Below are positions 63,296-64,000 of a stretch of DNA of 64,000 nucleotides, piece by piece. Origin of the DNA: an uncultured virus (IMG/VR IMGVR_UViG_3300029305_003094). Its lineage: Duplodnaviria > Heunggongvirae > Uroviricota > Caudoviricetes. The position numbers were made by a program, and so were the translations under genes. Position 1 is the first letter of the stretch. Each line of letters begins with the position of its first letter. The notes beneath the pieces are model-generated. The model ran no database searches. It worked only from the letters and a program-made list of their open reading frames with translations, and had not been told where the DNA came from. The stretch lies in IMG/VR virus record IMGVR_UViG_3300029305_003094; one strand, written 5' to 3'.

Positions 63296-63678
63296 TTGCT
63301 CACCACCTTCATTCGCACACTTGCCTTGCACAGGCTGATGTTGACATATTCGTCATAAAGGTCAGGATGGTCTTTGCGGAAGGTCTTACTGTCAAAGGTT
63401 TCCTTGGTGTACGGTGCCACATAGGAAATGGTCAGGTCAGGTGACTTGATGCTGACGATGCCCTTGCTCTCCATTTCCTCAAGGATTCTCTGCTTCAATT
63501 CCGCTTGCTTCGCCTTGATTGCTTCGACTTGCCGTTCAAACTCTGCCAGCAATGCCGATGCAGAAGCATTCAGCACCGCTTCGTTGTTCTCCAGAACAAT
63601 CAGGGCATCCGTGGTCTGCACATCATGCTCTCTCGCACCTCTGGTGTTCTTGTAAAGACCGCTAATTCCAGTAGACAT
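63292..63678 (-). CDS. Hypothetical recombination-module protein
   Basis: Coiled coil plus FDSKTFRKDHPDLY motif; AAGGAG RBS. Confidence 0.7.
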   Translation of the reverse strand: MSTGISGLYKNTRGAREHDVQTTDALIVLENNEAVLNASASALLAEFERQVEAIKAKQAELKQRILEEMESKGIVSIKSPDLTISYVAPYTKETFDSKTFRKDHPDLYDEYVNISLCKASVRMKVVSK

Positions 63679-63679
63679 A

Positions 63680-64000
63680 TCAATTCTCCTTTTTCTTTAA
63701 TTTGCCAATCAGTTTGCTTGCCTTTGCCATGCTGATGTCCTCGATGCGATCCACACCATTCGCCTTCAGCAACTTGGTCAGGTTCTCGCCTGTGTAGACC
63801 TTCGCCAGGATTTCAATCTGCTTCGCTGTTGCCTTGCGGTCATCTCCTGTGGCGGTTGCTTTGGTGTACTTTGCGGTGTCAGGACTATGCTCTTGGTCAG
63901 GATCTTCGCCTGTGATGATTTTGTATGCCTTGAGCAATGCGTACTTGTCTGCGTAGGTCATTGCCTTGCCAACCGCCTTGTCCTGTGTGTCGATGCCGTC
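63680..64000 (-). CDS. ERF-family single-strand annealing protein (5' end outside window)
   Basis: DKAVGKAMTYADKYAL.......GEDPD. Confidence 0.85.
   Translation of the reverse strand, partial: DGIDTQDKAVGKAMTYADKYALLKAYKIITGEDPDQEHSPDTAKYTKATATGDDRKATAKQIEILAKVYTGENLTKLLKANGVDRIEDISMAKASKLIGKLKKKEN

Larger units (their letters stand above)
33945..64000 (-). mobile_element. Prophage 2, HK97-type cos siphovirus, truncated by the window edge; probably inserted at tRNA-Ala
   Basis: Full lysis, tail, head, packaging and replication gene set on - strand starting right after tRNA-Ala; arm-like repeats TGACCACCA/TGACCCCCA at 34033-34053; second att not visible. Confidence 0.9.

Overview
The window holds two unrelated temperate siphovirus-type prophages facing each other, lysis end to lysis end, around about 2.3 kb of host DNA (tRNA-Arg(CCG), a coiled-coil gene, a FliB-family gene, tRNA-Ala(GGC)). 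The host looks like a Clostridia-class Bacillota (inference from RBS and promoter style, the GAAC-N4-GTTC SOS box and gene families). Prophage 1 (113-31597, mostly + strand) is complete. It is inserted in the 3' end of tRNA-Arg by a large serine recombinase and has an HUH Rep, an apparent TerS-TerL fusion, an A118-like head and tail module, two tRNAs and several structured non-coding segments. Prophage 2 (about 33945 to beyond 64000, - strand) is an HK97-type cos phage whose integration and immunity end lies outside the window. Main observation: the attP of prophage 1 can be rebuilt as a 54-bp imperfect palindrome lying inside the integrase ORF. Integration therefore swaps the integrase C-terminus and puts the host tRNA terminator ahead of the new stop codon, which could make a non-stop mRNA and an integration-triggered off switch. 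Other candidates: a MuF-type toxin and immunity pair next to a variant tRNA-Thr, a tail-tip domain 68% identical between the two phages, a stand-alone CW_7 gene after an endolysin, three sigma-54-like boxes at a prophage end, a type I TA-like moron, a kissing-loop RNA and an ssb with no canonical start. All family assignments come from motif recognition by eye; no searches were run.
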